This document shows positions 63,391-64,000 of a DNA stretch of 64,000 bases, one piece after another. How positions within the stretch are numbered: the stretch's first letter is position 1; each line of letters starts with the position of its first letter. The stretch is from Octopus sinensis (taxonomy: Eukaryota). The notes under the pieces were generated by a model. That model did no database searches, was not told the origin of the DNA, and saw only the letters and a program-made list of their open reading frames with translations. The stretch covers positions 1 to 64,000 of the forward strand of contig NW_021835474.1 of assembly GCF_006345805.1 (NCBI RefSeq), read 5' to 3'. The translations under genes and the position numbers were made by a program.

Positions 63391-64000
63391 GTTGTGTAGG
63401 TGAAGTGCTTCTGTTAGTGTGTGTGAAGAGACAGAGAGAGTAACGTGCGAAAGAGAGAGATAACTGAATTTTTTTACTCGGTTTTTGTAGTGCGTGCGTG
63501 TGTATGCATGTATGTGTGTGTGTGTATGTATCTATGTACGTGTGTGTATGTATGTATGAGTGTGTATGTGTATGTATGTATGTATGGCCGATTCAGTGTT
63601 TACATTATTTCGAGTTAAAACGAAAGATTACCAAAAAAAAAAAATGTTGTCTATATCTTCGATCACTGTCATTATTCCATTGAGTTAACCTCATTATTTT
63701 CTACATAGCAGACCGTTACATAAACAGGCAAAGGTAATCTTTCGTTTTAACTCGAAATAATGTAAACACTGAATCGGCCATACATACATACATACATACA
63801 TACATACATACATACATACATACATACATACATACATACACACACACATACATACACACACACACATACATAGATACACACACACATACATGCATACATA
63901 CATATACACATACACCGAGTAAAAAAATTCAGTTTCTCTCTCTTTCACACATTACTCTGACTCTTCACACACACTAACAGAAGCACTTCACTTACACAAC
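63391..64000. repeat. Long inverted repeat / MITE-like fold-back running off the window end
   Basis: gtatggccgattcagtgtttacattatttcgagttaaaacgaaagattacc (ending 63632) and its exact reverse complement from 63732; the outer arms also match. Confidence 0.8.

Overview
AT-rich, repeat-dense animal genomic DNA. The SINE families and microsatellite content look like an octopus/cephalopod genome (inferred from pattern recognition, not a database hit). Host genes: the last two coding exons of adenylate kinase 8 (AK8-like, + strand, 1560-1701 and 6678-6999), and two tandem five-exon SLC16/monocarboxylate-transporter-like paralogues on the - strand (A 29011->14699, B 54970->43448). Each paralogue has a different single 1-bp deletion in exon 4, and identity between them is mosaic. 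The rest is mobile DNA: several tRNA-derived SINE families, Penelope-like fragments, two minimal hammerhead-like motifs, Helitrons, Tc1/mariner, hAT, Gypsy-like and R4/Dong-like fragments, MITEs, and mini/microsatellites. The most striking structure is a near full-length Tx1-type LINE (57582-62924, -) inserted with a 13-bp TSD into the head of a SINE. The insertion point is exactly the junction that defines the 184/185-bp unit of three SINE multimer arrays (13091-14032, 15790-16915, 57238-57581). Those units end in a ~45-nt tail homologous to the LINE's 3' end. This suggests a sequence-specific LINE/SINE pair in which the SINE carries both the LINE's recognition tail and its target site.
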